A stretch of DNA of 64,000 nucleotides from a virus. Shown here one piece after another: positions 38,853-50,488 of this stretch; within the stretch, counting starts at the first letter, position 1; each line of letters begins with the position of its first letter. The notes beneath the pieces are model-generated. The model did no database searches. It was not told the DNA's origin and saw only the letters and a program-made list of their open reading frames with translations. The DNA is taken from the IMG/VR virus record IMGVR_UViG_3300022752_000037, positions 1 to 64,000 of that record; one strand, written 5' to 3'. The translations under genes and the position numbers were made by a program.

Positions 38853-40501
38853 TGCAATTTTTTTATGATGGTCAAATAAGACGCTACCTTACTCAAATAA
38901 TGAGATTATTAAGTAATTTTGTTGTTAGGCATAGCGACGGAACTCTAGTTAGGATTCCAGTGATGTACGGGGATCCTGATAGACAAGCTGCGAATATAAT
39001 AAATCAAAATAGTGAAAATACTATTCCTAGCGTGCCCAGAATAGCTGTATATATCACTGAATATGACTTAAATCGTAATAGAATTCAAGAACCTACTTTT
39101 ATAAGTAAAATTCACCTAAGAGAACGAGCTATAGAAGTAGATGAAGATGGTAACGAGTATTATACCAGTGCTCAAGGTAGACAAGTAACAGTTGAACGTA
39201 TGATGCCTACTCCTTTTGATCTTACTGTTAAGGTAGATATTTGGAGCTCTAATACAGAACAAAAGTTACAAATTTTAGAGCAAATCCTGGTTTTATTTAA
39301 TCCTAGTTTGGAAATTCAAACCACAGACAATTTTATAGACTGGACCAGTTTAAGTGTAGTAGAACTAGAAGATGTTAATTTTAGTAGTAGATCTGTACCT
39401 ACAGGAACTAATAGTTCAATAGATATAGCCAGCATTACTTTAAAAACGCCTACATGGTTAAGTCCACCTGTAAAAGTTAAAAAGCTGGGTGTAGTAACTA
39501 GTGTTATTAGTAATTTATACACGGGAATAGATCCAGGAATTGGAGATTATCTTGAGGGATTTGGTATAGATCCCGCTGCCTATGAAAGAAGTCCTGTAAA
39601 TTTTGAATTTACTCAATACAATACTGTAGGAAATTTTGAAATAGAAGTTACTAATAATACTATACGTATGTTTGGAGTAGAAAAAGGCGAAGACGACAAT
39701 TTACCGTGGGATCAACTTCTTATGCAATTTCCCGGAACTTTTCGTAATGGGCTGAGTAAATTATTTTTATTACAAAAAGATCAGTCTGTAATTATAGGAA
39801 CTCTAAGTCGTAATCCGTTAGATCCTACTTTATTGAGTGTTACTTGGGATGTAGACAGTTATCATAGTAATAATTACATAGATGAAAACGGAAATATAGA
39901 AAACATTGATACAGATTATGATCCTAATACTGGTAGAGGAACATTTGATGCAGTAATTAATCCACAAACATTTAATCCTAAAAGACCAAATGGCGAACCT
40001 ATAGATCAACCGATTGCTGTAGGAGTAAGATACCTTTTAGTAGAAAATTGCGGAGGAGGTCTACGAGAAACATTTTTAATGCCTCGAGCATCTAAGTACA
40101 TCAATACCGGAGAAATTTTTTCCAATATAAACCATAGTCAACTAGTAATAAATGGCATAGTTGTTTCTCATATTATTCAAAATTCTAATGGTAAGTGTCA
40201 AATAAAAACTAACACAACAATTACAAAAAATAGTATTGTTACTTATGTTTTAAATTATAACGAGGATGGTCCGGACGCTTGGAAAAATTTAGATGGATCT
40301 GATACTATAGCTTTCACCAATGATATCATTATGTGGAGTGGCACAGAATGGAAAATAATATTCGATGCTCAAACAAGAGTAGATGATTTGATCTATCAGA
40401 CTAATTATTTTACAGGGACTCAATACAAATGGAATGGAATTAATTGGGTTAAAAGTTTCGAGGGCGATTATGGTAGAGGAAGTTGGAGAATACAGCTCTA
40501 A
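38852..40501 (+). CDS. tail sheath stabilizer/terminator (T4 gp15-like) with C-terminal extension
   Basis: FFYDGQIRRY, IPVMYG and QKLQILEQILVLFNP motifs. Confidence 0.75.
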   Translation: MQFFYDGQIRRYLTQIMRLLSNFVVRHSDGTLVRIPVMYGDPDRQAANIINQNSENTIPSVPRIAVYITEYDLNRNRIQEPTFISKIHLRERAIEVDEDGNEYYTSAQGRQVTVERMMPTPFDLTVKVDIWSSNTEQKLQILEQILVLFNPSLEIQTTDNFIDWTSLSVVELEDVNFSSRSVPTGTNSSIDIASITLKTPTWLSPPVKVKKLGVVTSVISNLYTGIDPGIGDYLEGFGIDPAAYERSPVNFEFTQYNTVGNFEIEVTNNTIRMFGVEKGEDDNLPWDQLLMQFPGTFRNGLSKLFLLQKDQSVIIGTLSRNPLDPTLLSVTWDVDSYHSNNYIDENGNIENIDTDYDPNTGRGTFDAVINPQTFNPKRPNGEPIDQPIAVGVRYLLVENCGGGLRETFLMPRASKYINTGEIFSNINHSQLVINGIVVSHIIQNSNGKCQIKTNTTITKNSIVTYVLNYNEDGPDAWKNLDGSDTIAFTNDIIMWSGTEWKIIFDAQTRVDDLIYQTNYFTGTQYKWNGINWVKSFEGDYGRGSWRIQL

Positions 40502-40931
40502 TAAAGAAATTAGATGTTCAGGAGCAATGATTTGCTCTAAAAAAACAAAACGTGTAATACTTTTACAAAAAGCCAATGGTAAACATAACGGATTTTGGGG
40601 ACTAGTTGGTGGTACAAACATTGGTGTTGAAACAGTTTGGCAGGGGTTATGTAGAGAAATAGAAGAGGAAGTAGGATTTTTACCTGAATTTTTAAAAATT
40701 ATTCCTTTAGAAAAATTTGTAAGTAACGATCACTTATTTCACTTTAATACATTTTTTTGTATTGTTGAAGAAGAGTTTATTCCTAGCTTAAGTAAGGAAC
40801 ATAAAGCATGGGGATGGTTTAATTTGAAATCTCTACCTAAGCCTATTCATAAAGCGTTAGACTTAAGTCTTAGGAATAAATTTTTAGAAAATAAAATTAG
40901 TACAATAATTGAACTCATCGAGATAATGTAA
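40434..40931 (+). CDS. NUDIX hydrolase
   Basis: Nudix box GG...ETVWQGLCREIEEEVG; start uncertain (possibly 40470). Confidence 0.85.
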   Translation: MELIGLKVSRAIMVEEVGEYSSNKEIRCSGAMICSKKTKRVILLQKANGKHNGFWGLVGGTNIGVETVWQGLCREIEEEVGFLPEFLKIIPLEKFVSNDHLFHFNTFFCIVEEEFIPSLSKEHKAWGWFNLKSLPKPIHKALDLSLRNKFLENKISTIIELIEIM

Positions 40932-41200
40932 TGCTTAGTTTAGAACATAGTGAAGATTTTAAAAAAGATTTTATGAAATTTAAAACAGAAATTGATAACT
41001 TAGATGATTTATTTCTTAAAGAAAAGTTAACAAATTTACTTAACTCCTTATTAGAATCAGTAAGGAAAATTGATGAACTTCATAAGGAATCTATATTCGA
41101 TAAGGCTCCTCTTTCAAGTAAAGTAAGTAGAGAAACGATTATTAAGATTAGATCTGAATTAGTAGAGCAGCTATTAATGGCCCAGTCCAGGTATAATTAA
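40931..41200 (+). CDS. hypothetical protein
   Basis: 89-aa ORF with TAATG coupling. Confidence 0.6.
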   Translation: MLSLEHSEDFKKDFMKFKTEIDNLDDLFLKEKLTNLLNSLLESVRKIDELHKESIFDKAPLSSKVSRETIIKIRSELVEQLLMAQSRYN

Positions 41201-41794
41201 TTCTGTGCTACCTTCTCTGTTTCCTAACCACCCTATAGGAAAAGTATTAAAACTTAAACTAATTCTTGCATGTTCATGTTGAACAAGATCTACTTCATGG
41301 AATAAAGAAGAAGGAAAAATTAACAATTCTCCAGTTTTTACGGGGACCCACCATGACATAGAGTTATAGATATTCCATTCATTAGGAGTAACTAAAATGT
41401 CTCGTAAACCTTGATAATTGTGAAAAAAGATTCTATCTTCGCCTTCAACTGCGTTGATATAAAATACACCGCTATATAAAGAATTCCAATGTTTATGTTG
41501 ATGATGAGACTGTCCTTTTTTAGTTATATTGATCCAACTTTGAGTAATTTCTAAATGAACTTCGTTCTTTGGATTTATAATTGCTTGAAAATATTCATCT
41601 AAACTTTTTTTAAAAAAATTATTTAAACTTTGTAAAGCTGAATTTTTTAGAATATAATTGTCTGTTGTAAAAAAATTGGTTCGATTCTCTTTAAATTGAG
41701 CCTGATTCATTACAAAATCAAGCTCAAATGTTGTTAATGGTCTATCTAATATAAATTTACCTAGAGGTATAGGGAATAAGTTTAAAATTTCCAT
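41174..41794 (-). CDS. putative 2OG-Fe(II) oxygenase (TIGR02466-like)
   Basis: SWIN, HKHWNS..SGVFY, FPSSLFH and RISLSFN motifs. Confidence 0.85.
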   Translation of the reverse strand: MEILNLFPIPLGKFILDRPLTTFELDFVMNQAQFKENRTNFFTTDNYILKNSALQSLNNFFKKSLDEYFQAIINPKNEVHLEITQSWINITKKGQSHHQHKHWNSLYSGVFYINAVEGEDRIFFHNYQGLRDILVTPNEWNIYNSMSWWVPVKTGELLIFPSSLFHEVDLVQHEHARISLSFNTFPIGWLGNREGSTELIIPGLGH

Positions 41795-41801
41795 CCATTA
41801 T

Positions 41802-44800
41802 TTACGCTTGTGCTTCACCCCATCGTAAATTTATACTGGCATTATATCCTGTACCACCTGTCAAGTAAGCATTTATTGCTAATACATCAGGGCCGTTTGG
41901 AAAAGTACCACGTCCACCTATAGTAGTATTTGTCAACTCGTTCAATTTGGACAGATCCAATGAGCTGGATCCACCGGGAGCAGCAATTAATGAAAAAATT
42001 GTTTGTCCTGGAAGTGCAGCACTGGCAGCAGTAAAGGTTATATTTGTACCTATGTTCACGTTCCCAGTAAGAGCTTGATTTATTAGAATCCTTGTTACAC
42101 CTGCAAATGGATTATTATCTGCTTTAGACTGTACAAGTGCTCCTCCTGCAATATTACTGCCACTAACTGTTTGTCCAACTACTACTCCGCTCACGGTGTT
42201 GGTTGAAAAATATAAATCAATATTTCCTCTTTGTCTATTAAAATTTGTAGTTGCTGCTGTTATAACAGTGGTTCCTGTGGTCCATGCCACAGTTCCTCCA
42301 CTAGCAATTTGGGCAAAGCTTGGTTGTCCTCCAAGTGCAGACGAATTCAAACTTGTCCAAGTTATATCAACAGGATTAGTAGGATAATTTTGAGGATTCA
42401 AGATTCCTTCAAGAACCATAGATCCTACTGCTCCAGATGTACCACCTGTAATTTCAACACCTTGTAAAAGTAACTGTGCTCGATTTATTAATTCTCTCTC
42501 ACCTAAGTCACCAATGACGCTGTTACTAACACTTGGAGCAAGTCGGATTAAAAATACTGTTTTCTTAGTTGTTGTTAGACTAACTTCAGCTGCTTGATAA
42601 TTAAAAATAAATCCTCTATCGTCATCAAAATTTCCATCTATAAGATAGGCACTACCCCAGTGACTTATAATAGGACTTGCTGTACAACTTATCAATACAA
42701 CACCTGACTTCGCTGCATGAGTAGAATTAGGACCTGCTTTATAGCTTCTTGCACTTCCTGCTGCGAAATTTGTATAGGTTGCACTTCTTGTAATTCCAGT
42801 TAGATTATTTCCAGACTTGCCACTAAATGATATTAGCTCATTATCAATGTAAACTACTCCTGAATTAGGAAATCTTGATGCATCCTCTAACGGTATAGTA
42901 GTAGATAAAAGGTTCATAGAACTAGCTAATCTTCCGTTAGAACCTTCATTTAAAACTTCATATCGTACAGGAAGGTTACCGGTTCTCATATATGCTTCGT
43001 TGTTAAGGTTGTTGCCCTTAAGTCTATGACAAAATAGATAATCTCCAGTCGAACCTCGTAACATCCAGTCAATAAATCCTGCTCCGTACCAACTAAATTG
43101 TATTCCAATCATCTGCATTTTAGTCGGATCAATATGATATCCACTAGGGCCGTTTCCATCACAAGTATCAATATTCCATTCACTCTGCGGAATAATAATG
43201 TCTATAACTTTAGCTATTTTTACTCCGCTAACTAAATTTACACCTCTAAAATCAGGACTTACTGTCATGCTTGTTTGTCCGCTGATACTTGTTACTACGT
43301 GAGTCATTCCCCTAAGAACTATACGATCCCCTGCACTTAATTGATCTTGGAATCGAGTATTATTTCCAATAACAGCATTACTGTTAGCTGCTATTGTAAT
43401 AGTTCCGCTTAATTGAAAAGTACTGCTTCTTCTGCCTACTGCCATTTCTCGGCCGTCGTATTGCCAAAAAATTCCATTTTGGTCGTCAAAGATTCCTGAT
43501 CTAACAACAGCACCCGACCAATATTTCATAGCAGCATAGCAAGGACTTCCTATGTCAGCACTAGTAGATCCTAAAGGTAAGTCTGCTTCTACAGTAAAAG
43601 CTCTTTCATCAATAATATTAGTAACAACATATTCACCATCATAACCAATAGTAGTTATACCTTCAATAACAACAGTAGATCCTACCTGTAATCCATGATC
43701 CATATCATCAGTAACAACCGTAATAGTCGATCCTGCACTAACTCCAGAAGCTATTGCACTCCGTATATCAAAACTTGGAGCAAATAAAGCTCCAGTGTTA
43801 TACATAGCTCCTTTTCCTGATTGGTATCGAATATATTTTTTACTTTGACGTATAGCTTGAGCTCCATGTTGAGCTCCACCTGTGCTTAATTGAACTCCTC
43901 CATCAAAAGGTCTATGAGTAAAATAAGCATCAGGTCTAGCATATATCAATCCTGTGATTCCTGAAGTTTGCACACTTCCAGTTCCTCTAGCTGTCCATCT
44001 TATTTGTGTCAAACTAGGAACTTCTATAACAGAGAATGGACCAGCAGCTAGAGCATGATTAGTTCCTACACTTGTTATAGATACTAATATATTTGCTCCA
44101 GGAACTAAACCGTGAGCAGAAGCAAAATCTGCTTGAAGTGTAGCGATAGCACTAAAACTTACACTACTAGCGACTCCCATACTGGCTGTAGTAGCTGCGG
44201 TTATACTTATTGCCGAGTAGACTGGTATTATGTTTCCCCTTACTGCTGTTCCTGAGCTAATAGTTAATCCATAAGCACCACCTTGTCCATAAGCACCACC
44301 TGGTAAGTAATTAGTTGTTGCGTCAATATAAAGTGCTAGATTGTTTGTTGGAGTGGTGCCTCCAAGATCTGCTCCATTAACAGTAAATCTATTACCTACA
44401 TTATATCCAGATCCTGCATAGTAAGGAATAGCTGTATAGGAGCCTCCGTTACGCTGTACAGATAATAATATTCCAGTTCCAATTGTTTCACTATTCGTTC
44501 CTGAAACATTCTGATATGTTCCTTCTGTTAAAGTGGTATGTGCTCCTCTTGCTGTAGTTACTTTTGTAACTGTGCCACTTGATACAGTATTGATATTAAT
44601 ATAAAGATCATCGTCTGGAGTCACTCCTCCTAGACTTGTACCTAAAATTTTAATTGTGTCTCCCTGTTGATACCCTGTACCTGCTTGTTGAATAGCAGGT
44701 AAAGTTCCACTACCTGTTACTGCTATACTAGCTTGATTAGTATATGTTCCATTAGCGGCTGAAACATTGTATGGGTTAACTATAGCGGTAGTAACAGCTC

Positions 44801-46733
44801 CTCCTGTTACTCCTGTGATAGAAATTCTACAATCATTAGTTCCGTTTACTCCTCCTAATAGGCTACCTAACACTTTAACTACATCACCGGAGGCATATCC
44901 TGTTCCTCCTGCGGTTACACTATCTATAGTGTAAGTTCCTCCGTTACCTGTTATTGTAAATCTTGCACCTGATCCAGTAGGAACATTAGATGCTCCTAAT
45001 GTATATACTCCAGCTGCTCCTACACTAATGTTAAATCTAGCATTGGTCCCTGTGCCTATTACTGAAACAGGACTTATAAAATAATCTTCTACATCTCCTT
45101 TAAATGCTGCTCCAATTTGATCTTGTAGAGTCGCTTGGTCTCCTGTTAAACTAGTAATAGCATTTTGTGTACCTGAATTGTTTAAAACCATATTAGAACT
45201 GAGACCTGTTACATCTGCAAAATAAATTATTGTGTCGGAAGAGATAGTACTAAATTTTACTCTGTAGTCTCCAACTTTTCCACCAGTTCCGAATACACCA
45301 GCTGTTTGAGCCCCTGACGGTATAGATGGGTGGCTTACCGGAGCTCCTATTGACGGAGCGGTTCCTGTGAAATTAATAACTGTAGATCCAGAAGGAACAA
45401 TATATGAAGTTGAGAAAGTTCCTGAGCTTCCGTTACTTGAGACGCTGATTGTGGGGTTAGCTAATTCTGACCCAGTATAAAAAGCAGCCTTTCTCAATTG
45501 AACATTTGAACCGCCGATTACTTCATTTTGACTTAAACCTACTTTTGCCTTAGCATAAAAAGTAAAGCTGGATGTAGTAGGAACAGTATTAACTAAAAAT
45601 GTACCTTCGGCTCTATTAAAACCTACCACTGTTGAATTAAGAGCCCTAATTGTAAAAGGGTCACCTATAACCAATCCGTGGGAAGATTGTGAGGTAACTG
45701 TAATTAAACTTGATCCTATACCGCCACCGCTACTACTGGCATCAGTAGTAATTGAAGTTATAGGTATATCAGTGCCTAAAACTTCATAAGTAGTAGGATA
45801 CCCTCTAGCCACCGCTATAGCCTGCCATTTTGTAGGTTGTAATCCATATTCAAAGTCTGCGTCTATCATAGCCTGAGGTTGGGATATTCTCATTCGTTCA
45901 ATAGCATCAGTTCCAAAATCATAAGGGCGAACTCTAATCTCTGATGTTTCAACAAAGATTTGAAATTTATGTGTACTAAGCATTGAGCTTGTACTGTAAT
46001 TCATAAAGATGGTTGTTACACCGTTATTAATCTGTATAGCATTAGGGAATTTATCACTATTTCCTGCGAAAAATTCTACCTCGCCGCCTTTGGTAGGATC
46101 TGTAAAATTAAAGACTACAGTATTTGTGGTTGAATTTGTTATCAGTAAAATTTCATTAAGCAACCACTTTCCAATAATTTCTATACGTCCCGGACCGCCA
46201 ATTTCCGCAGGTATAGAACTTAGCCCGTTTGTTATAACTGTGGTTATCAGACTGGATACTAGGGTTATGACATCATCTGATAAGGATTCAGCAGTCTTAG
46301 TCAAATCAATGACTTGGTCTACTGCTGTTTGATAAGCTGTGGCAGGTAAATTTTTAAAAATATAATTATTGATCAGATCACGAGCAAATTGATAACTGCG
46401 AATTTCAGGTAATCTTGTTCCATCAATAACCGGAACATTACCATTCCAATAGCCTTTAGCTGCTTTTCGTGTAGCTACATTTCCTCCATACTTTAAATCA
46501 AAAATCCAAGCATCTAACACATACCCGCTATCTCTCAGACATAAATCGGTATCATAAACATAGCCAACAAATTCAGCATCATTAGCTGCTATACGAGCAT
46601 TAATATAGCCTATTATTTCACGTTGAATAAATTCTTTATTAAGTTGTAAAAGAGCTAGAGCATTAGGGTAAACATATGATGTCCAACCAGGTCCCGGAGT
46701 AAATCTATAATTTTTAATCAGTTTCTTACCCAT
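41802..46733 (-). CDS. large virion structural protein (baseplate/fibre)
   Basis: 1643 aa, Gly/Thr/Ser-rich, repeated HGL..G modules, RYQSGKG and WYGAG motifs. Confidence 0.7.
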   Translation of the reverse strand: MGKKLIKNYRFTPGPGWTSYVYPNALALLQLNKEFIQREIIGYINARIAANDAEFVGYVYDTDLCLRDSGYVLDAWIFDLKYGGNVATRKAAKGYWNGNVPVIDGTRLPEIRSYQFARDLINNYIFKNLPATAYQTAVDQVIDLTKTAESLSDDVITLVSSLITTVITNGLSSIPAEIGGPGRIEIIGKWLLNEILLITNSTTNTVVFNFTDPTKGGEVEFFAGNSDKFPNAIQINNGVTTIFMNYSTSSMLSTHKFQIFVETSEIRVRPYDFGTDAIERMRISQPQAMIDADFEYGLQPTKWQAIAVARGYPTTYEVLGTDIPITSITTDASSSGGGIGSSLITVTSQSSHGLVIGDPFTIRALNSTVVGFNRAEGTFLVNTVPTTSSFTFYAKAKVGLSQNEVIGGSNVQLRKAAFYTGSELANPTISVSSNGSSGTFSTSYIVPSGSTVINFTGTAPSIGAPVSHPSIPSGAQTAGVFGTGGKVGDYRVKFSTISSDTIIYFADVTGLSSNMVLNNSGTQNAITSLTGDQATLQDQIGAAFKGDVEDYFISPVSVIGTGTNARFNISVGAAGVYTLGASNVPTGSGARFTITGNGGTYTIDSVTAGGTGYASGDVVKVLGSLLGGVNGTNDCRISITGVTGGAVTTAIVNPYNVSAANGTYTNQASIAVTGSGTLPAIQQAGTGYQQGDTIKILGTSLGGVTPDDDLYININTVSSGTVTKVTTARGAHTTLTEGTYQNVSGTNSETIGTGILLSVQRNGGSYTAIPYYAGSGYNVGNRFTVNGADLGGTTPTNNLALYIDATTNYLPGGAYGQGGAYGLTISSGTAVRGNIIPVYSAISITAATTASMGVASSVSFSAIATLQADFASAHGLVPGANILVSITSVGTNHALAAGPFSVIEVPSLTQIRWTARGTGSVQTSGITGLIYARPDAYFTHRPFDGGVQLSTGGAQHGAQAIRQSKKYIRYQSGKGAMYNTGALFAPSFDIRSAIASGVSAGSTITVVTDDMDHGLQVGSTVVIEGITTIGYDGEYVVTNIIDERAFTVEADLPLGSTSADIGSPCYAAMKYWSGAVVRSGIFDDQNGIFWQYDGREMAVGRRSSTFQLSGTITIAANSNAVIGNNTRFQDQLSAGDRIVLRGMTHVVTSISGQTSMTVSPDFRGVNLVSGVKIAKVIDIIIPQSEWNIDTCDGNGPSGYHIDPTKMQMIGIQFSWYGAGFIDWMLRGSTGDYLFCHRLKGNNLNNEAYMRTGNLPVRYEVLNEGSNGRLASSMNLLSTTIPLEDASRFPNSGVVYIDNELISFSGKSGNNLTGITRSATYTNFAAGSARSYKAGPNSTHAAKSGVVLISCTASPIISHWGSAYLIDGNFDDDRGFIFNYQAAEVSLTTTKKTVFLIRLAPSVSNSVIGDLGERELINRAQLLLQGVEITGGTSGAVGSMVLEGILNPQNYPTNPVDITWTSLNSSALGGQPSFAQIASGGTVAWTTGTTVITAATTNFNRQRGNIDLYFSTNTVSGVVVGQTVSGSNIAGGALVQSKADNNPFAGVTRILINQALTGNVNIGTNITFTAASAALPGQTIFSLIAAPGGSSSLDLSKLNELTNTTIGGRGTFPNGPDVLAINAYLTGGTGYNASINLRWGEAQA

Positions 46734-46741
46734 ATTATTCC

Positions 46742-47680
46742 TTATATACCAAACACAACAGCCAATGCTAGACTTGTATTATCTACATAGTTTTTATTAG
46801 TTAATTGATTAGCACTAACTACACTACTACTAGAATATATTTCTCCTGCTACATTAATATCTCCCGAAACTCCGACCCCGCCAGCTACAATCAAAGCCCC
46901 TGTCATACTAGAACTAGATGCTGTAGAATTAGTAATATTAACTGGTATGGCAAAATTTCCTGTGCTTGTTGAACTAGCAGAAATTTGTATTTCTCCGTTA
47001 ACTATCTGGTAGGTTATATTATTACCAGGTTTAAGTGTGAATTGACTTAGTTCTGTACCGCTAGCATTAAGATTTACCTTAACTCTACCATTACTCAATG
47101 AACTCGCTGTATTTGTTAATGTAGGTAAACTACTATTGATTGTTAATTTTTGATTTGTTACACTAAGAGAAATATTCGTTCCTGCTTCGATTTCTACGTC
47201 ATAATCTGTATTATTAGCATTTAGTCTTAATGTTTTACTATTAACACTTGTATTAACAAGATTAAACGTAGCGGCACCACCACCACCCTCCCCTGCTATA
47301 TCAACTCCGTTAACCCATTTTGATCCATTATATTTTAAAACTTGTCCATTGAGCGGTGATGTAACCTGTACGTCAGTTAGTGAAATTAGAGTCGAGGATC
47401 CACCGCCCCCTCCTCCGCTACTACTTATAGTAATTGTATCTGTAGTGTTATCTGTAGTAAGAGTAATTCCTGTACCAGCAGCTAATGTAAGAGTATCATT
47501 AGGCTGTTCCGCTACTATAGAAGCTTGTCCGTTTATAGCTATAGTTCTAAAAGTATCTTGACTCACTGTCGGTGGGGTCGCAGATTTTATGTCCCAAGTA
47601 GATCCAGTCCAAATCCAAGTTGTTGTATCTACTGTGATTTCCTGATTAATAGTAGGAATATTAGGAAAATTTATTGCCAT
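46742..47680 (-). CDS. tail fibre-like protein
   Basis: MAINFP...WIWTGSTW, LTDV...GQVLKYNGSKWVN and GALIVAGGVG motifs. Confidence 0.7.
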   Translation of the reverse strand: MAINFPNIPTINQEITVDTTTWIWTGSTWDIKSATPPTVSQDTFRTIAINGQASIVAEQPNDTLTLAAGTGITLTTDNTTDTITISSSGGGGGGSSTLISLTDVQVTSPLNGQVLKYNGSKWVNGVDIAGEGGGGAATFNLVNTSVNSKTLRLNANNTDYDVEIEAGTNISLSVTNQKLTINSSLPTLTNTASSLSNGRVKVNLNASGTELSQFTLKPGNNITYQIVNGEIQISASSTSTGNFAIPVNITNSTASSSSMTGALIVAGGVGVSGDINVAGEIYSSSSVVSANQLTNKNYVDNTSLALAVVFGI

Positions 47681-47729
47681 TGTTACCTCTTAATAAGAGT
47701 ATTTATTGAAAAAATTATCCATATTATCA

Positions 47730-49472
47730 CTATGAAGTGAACCTGATAACTCCTGTTCCGCTAATAAATGTAGAAATTTTATAAGCTCCTGAAGTCTGTG
47801 TAGAAATATTAAGATTTCCGGATATAGTTGTTATAGTAAGTGTATTAGGATATCTAACTTTAACAACACCTGATCCGCCTGCTCCAGCAAATGCATTATA
47901 ATGTGCTCCACCGCCACCGCCACCACCTCCAGTATTAGCAGTTCCTGCTACATTATTTCTTCCACCGCCACCAATACCTCCTGAACTATTTGCTGCACCA
48001 CGATCTGTTCTGCTATTTCCGCCACCTCCACCACCGTAGTAATTGCCATCTATAGGCCATTGTACACCATCTCCACCGTTACCTCCTACTGAACTGCCTC
48101 CACCGCCACCATTGGATCCAGCTCCAGCACCACCACCTCCACCACCGTTATAAGGTCCACCACCTCCACCATTTCCAGCTGTAAATGCTCCATATCTTGT
48201 TAACACGCCAGTGCTTTTACCTGTACTCGTTCCTGCTATGTCTGGTCCGGTGGCATTGTCTCCTCCACATCCTCCTCCAGGATTAGTGGCATTACCTCCT
48301 CGTTTACCAGGACTTGAAGTGTCATATAATGTATTTGATCCACCTCTACCTCCCCCGTTTACTGTTTCAGAGGCAAATATGCTATTTTGGCCTGTACCAT
48401 TCACTGCTCCTCCTTCACCTATAGTCACAGAATAGTTTGTCGCTGATACTAAAGATAGTGTACCGTAGGCAACTTCGCCTGCTCCGCCACCGCCACCGAG
48501 ATCTGCTCCGCCACCGCCACCGCCACCTACTACTAAAACATCTGCGGAAAAGTTTATTGTAGTAGAAACAGATAAACTAAATGTACCCGAACCCGAAGTA
48601 AATGTCACTATTTTAAATCCTCCTATAGATGATTCGGTATAGACCAAACTCGGAGATGCGGTAACTCCGTATGTTAAAGGAATTCGTAAAATAGCCACAC
48701 CAGATCCGCCATTCGAGCCCACAGCATCTCTGGCACCTCCACCACCTCCACCACCAGTGTTTGCTTGTCCTGGAGTCGATGTCTGTTGTATACCGCCAGA
48801 ATTACAAGCAGCTCCTCGGCCACCACCTCCTGTGCCGGCTGTACCTGCCACCATACCTCCACCGTCATACTGTGCGCCACCGCCACCGCCACCACTATAG
48901 TATACTGGGGATCCTGTTATAGACACTTCGTAACCGATTCCTCCGTTTCCTCCTCGACTTACTCCTCCGCTTATGGATCCATTAGAACCTGCCCCGCCTG
49001 CACCACCACCTCCTGCACCAGCTCCTGTGGCGTCACAGTTACCTCCTCCAAAACCTGTTCCTGCTGTTCCTCCGTCATAACCTTGGCCTGGAGTGCCTGT
49101 TCCTCCTGATCCATTAGAACCGCATACTGACCAGCCACCACCTCCACCAGATCCTCCATTTCCTGCACCTCCACCAGATCCTCCGTTACCGCCACCGATG
49201 GCAGTTCTGTTAACGAAAGCTCCTATTATTGAGGAGCTACCTGATGAAGCACCTCCATAAACACCTCCAAGTCCAATGGAAAGTGAATAGTTTGCTAAAA
49301 TCGCAAAAGCTTGGTTTATTTGATAAATGACTCCACCGCCACCGCCACCACCTGATTTTGTTCCAAAACCACCACCGGCACCACCACCGCCAACTAATAG
49401 GAAATCTCCACGTATTATAGCTCTATCTACGGACAATAATGCACGAGACTTAAATCGAGATAGTTTAGCCAT
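47730..49472 (-). CDS. glycine-rich virion protein with two tandem Gly-rich domains
   Basis: Repeated VGGGG..G, NTGGGGGG and GGSGV..RY motifs. Confidence 0.75.
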   Translation of the reverse strand: MAKLSRFKSRALLSVDRAIIRGDFLLVGGGGAGGGFGTKSGGGGGGGVIYQINQAFAILANYSLSIGLGGVYGGASSGSSSIIGAFVNRTAIGGGNGGSGGGAGNGGSGGGGGWSVCGSNGSGGTGTPGQGYDGGTAGTGFGGGNCDATGAGAGGGGAGGAGSNGSISGGVSRGGNGGIGYEVSITGSPVYYSGGGGGGAQYDGGGMVAGTAGTGGGGRGAACNSGGIQQTSTPGQANTGGGGGGGARDAVGSNGGSGVAILRIPLTYGVTASPSLVYTESSIGGFKIVTFTSGSGTFSLSVSTTINFSADVLVVGGGGGGGADLGGGGGAGEVAYGTLSLVSATNYSVTIGEGGAVNGTGQNSIFASETVNGGGRGGSNTLYDTSSPGKRGGNATNPGGGCGGDNATGPDIAGTSTGKSTGVLTRYGAFTAGNGGGGGPYNGGGGGGAGAGSNGGGGGSSVGGNGGDGVQWPIDGNYYGGGGGGNSRTDRGAANSSGGIGGGGRNNVAGTANTGGGGGGGGAHYNAFAGAGGSGVVKVRYPNTLTITTISGNLNISTQTSGAYKISTFISGTGVIRFTS

Positions 49473-50478
49473 ACGACGATATATTTCCTAACAGTACAAA
49501 AGCTGAACTCTTGTAGTACATTAAGAAACTTATGATATCTTTTTTACTAGCAGAAGGAACAGAATTAGCCCATTGTACTGCTGTTGCCGTTGAATTTATG
49601 GTAACTGTATTAGGATAATATGCAGTACTGCCTTGATTTACTATAATGTTAAATGATATAACACTATTTTCTATAGTTGGTACATTTATAAAATTTGCCT
49701 GCCAGTTACTGCTACGACCACTGGTATAAAATAAAAGTCCTGCATTATAATTGTACGTATTTTGAACACCTAAATCTAAGAAATTTTCGAAACTTGGATT
49801 TATTATGTTTATAGTACCGGTCATAACAGCATGAGCACCGCATACATACTTGTAAGGTCCTATGATATCAGGAGGAATATTCCAATATAATATACCCGAA
49901 GTTTTTGATTGAGCATTCGATCCTGTAGATATGACATCATTAGATCCTACGTGAACTAAACCGGTATTATAATTTGCAGAAGCAGAAGTCTGAATTACAA
50001 AAGGATGTCCGGGGGCGTTTAGATAAAAAGCCACTGTAGTTCCTGCTGTGAATGTTAAGGTCGGATTGTCTCCAGAATATGAACTAAAAGTGTAGGCTAT
50101 AGCAGCATTATTTCCCACATCTAATTTAGTTACAGCAGGGTAAACCACTGGTTTCACTATAGATGCTATTCCACCACTATCCACTGTTAAAGTAATATTG
50201 TCTGGTTTGATACCTCCTAATACAGAAGTTGTAGCTATAGGAATTTCGTCATTAGGAGAAAATGTAAATTCTCCTGTAGCACCATTATATGTTAAACTTG
50301 ATTGAGGAGCAGAACTAGCTGTTAATACACTAAGATCCGATAAAGAAATGCCACCACCACCACCGCCTCCCGATGATGAAGATAAAATTCTCCAATATTC
50401 TCCGTTCCAAATCCAAGAAGTAGAATTATATGTATAAATGTCGTCTAGTACGGGTGATGATGGGAAGCTAAAAGGCAT
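49465..50478 (-). CDS. tail fibre-like protein with cupredoxin-like domain
   Basis: MPFSFP...WIWNGEYW; ATTSVLGGIK; GHPF...YVCGAHAVMTG. Confidence 0.7.
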   Translation of the reverse strand: MPFSFPSSPVLDDIYTYNSTSWIWNGEYWRILSSSSGGGGGGGISLSDLSVLTASSAPQSSLTYNGATGEFTFSPNDEIPIATTSVLGGIKPDNITLTVDSGGIASIVKPVVYPAVTKLDVGNNAAIAYTFSSYSGDNPTLTFTAGTTVAFYLNAPGHPFVIQTSASANYNTGLVHVGSNDVISTGSNAQSKTSGILYWNIPPDIIGPYKYVCGAHAVMTGTINIINPSFENFLDLGVQNTYNYNAGLLFYTSGRSSNWQANFINVPTIENSVISFNIIVNQGSTAYYPNTVTINSTATAVQWANSVPSASKKDIISFLMYYKSSAFVLLGNISSYG

Positions 50479-50488
50479 AATCTAATAT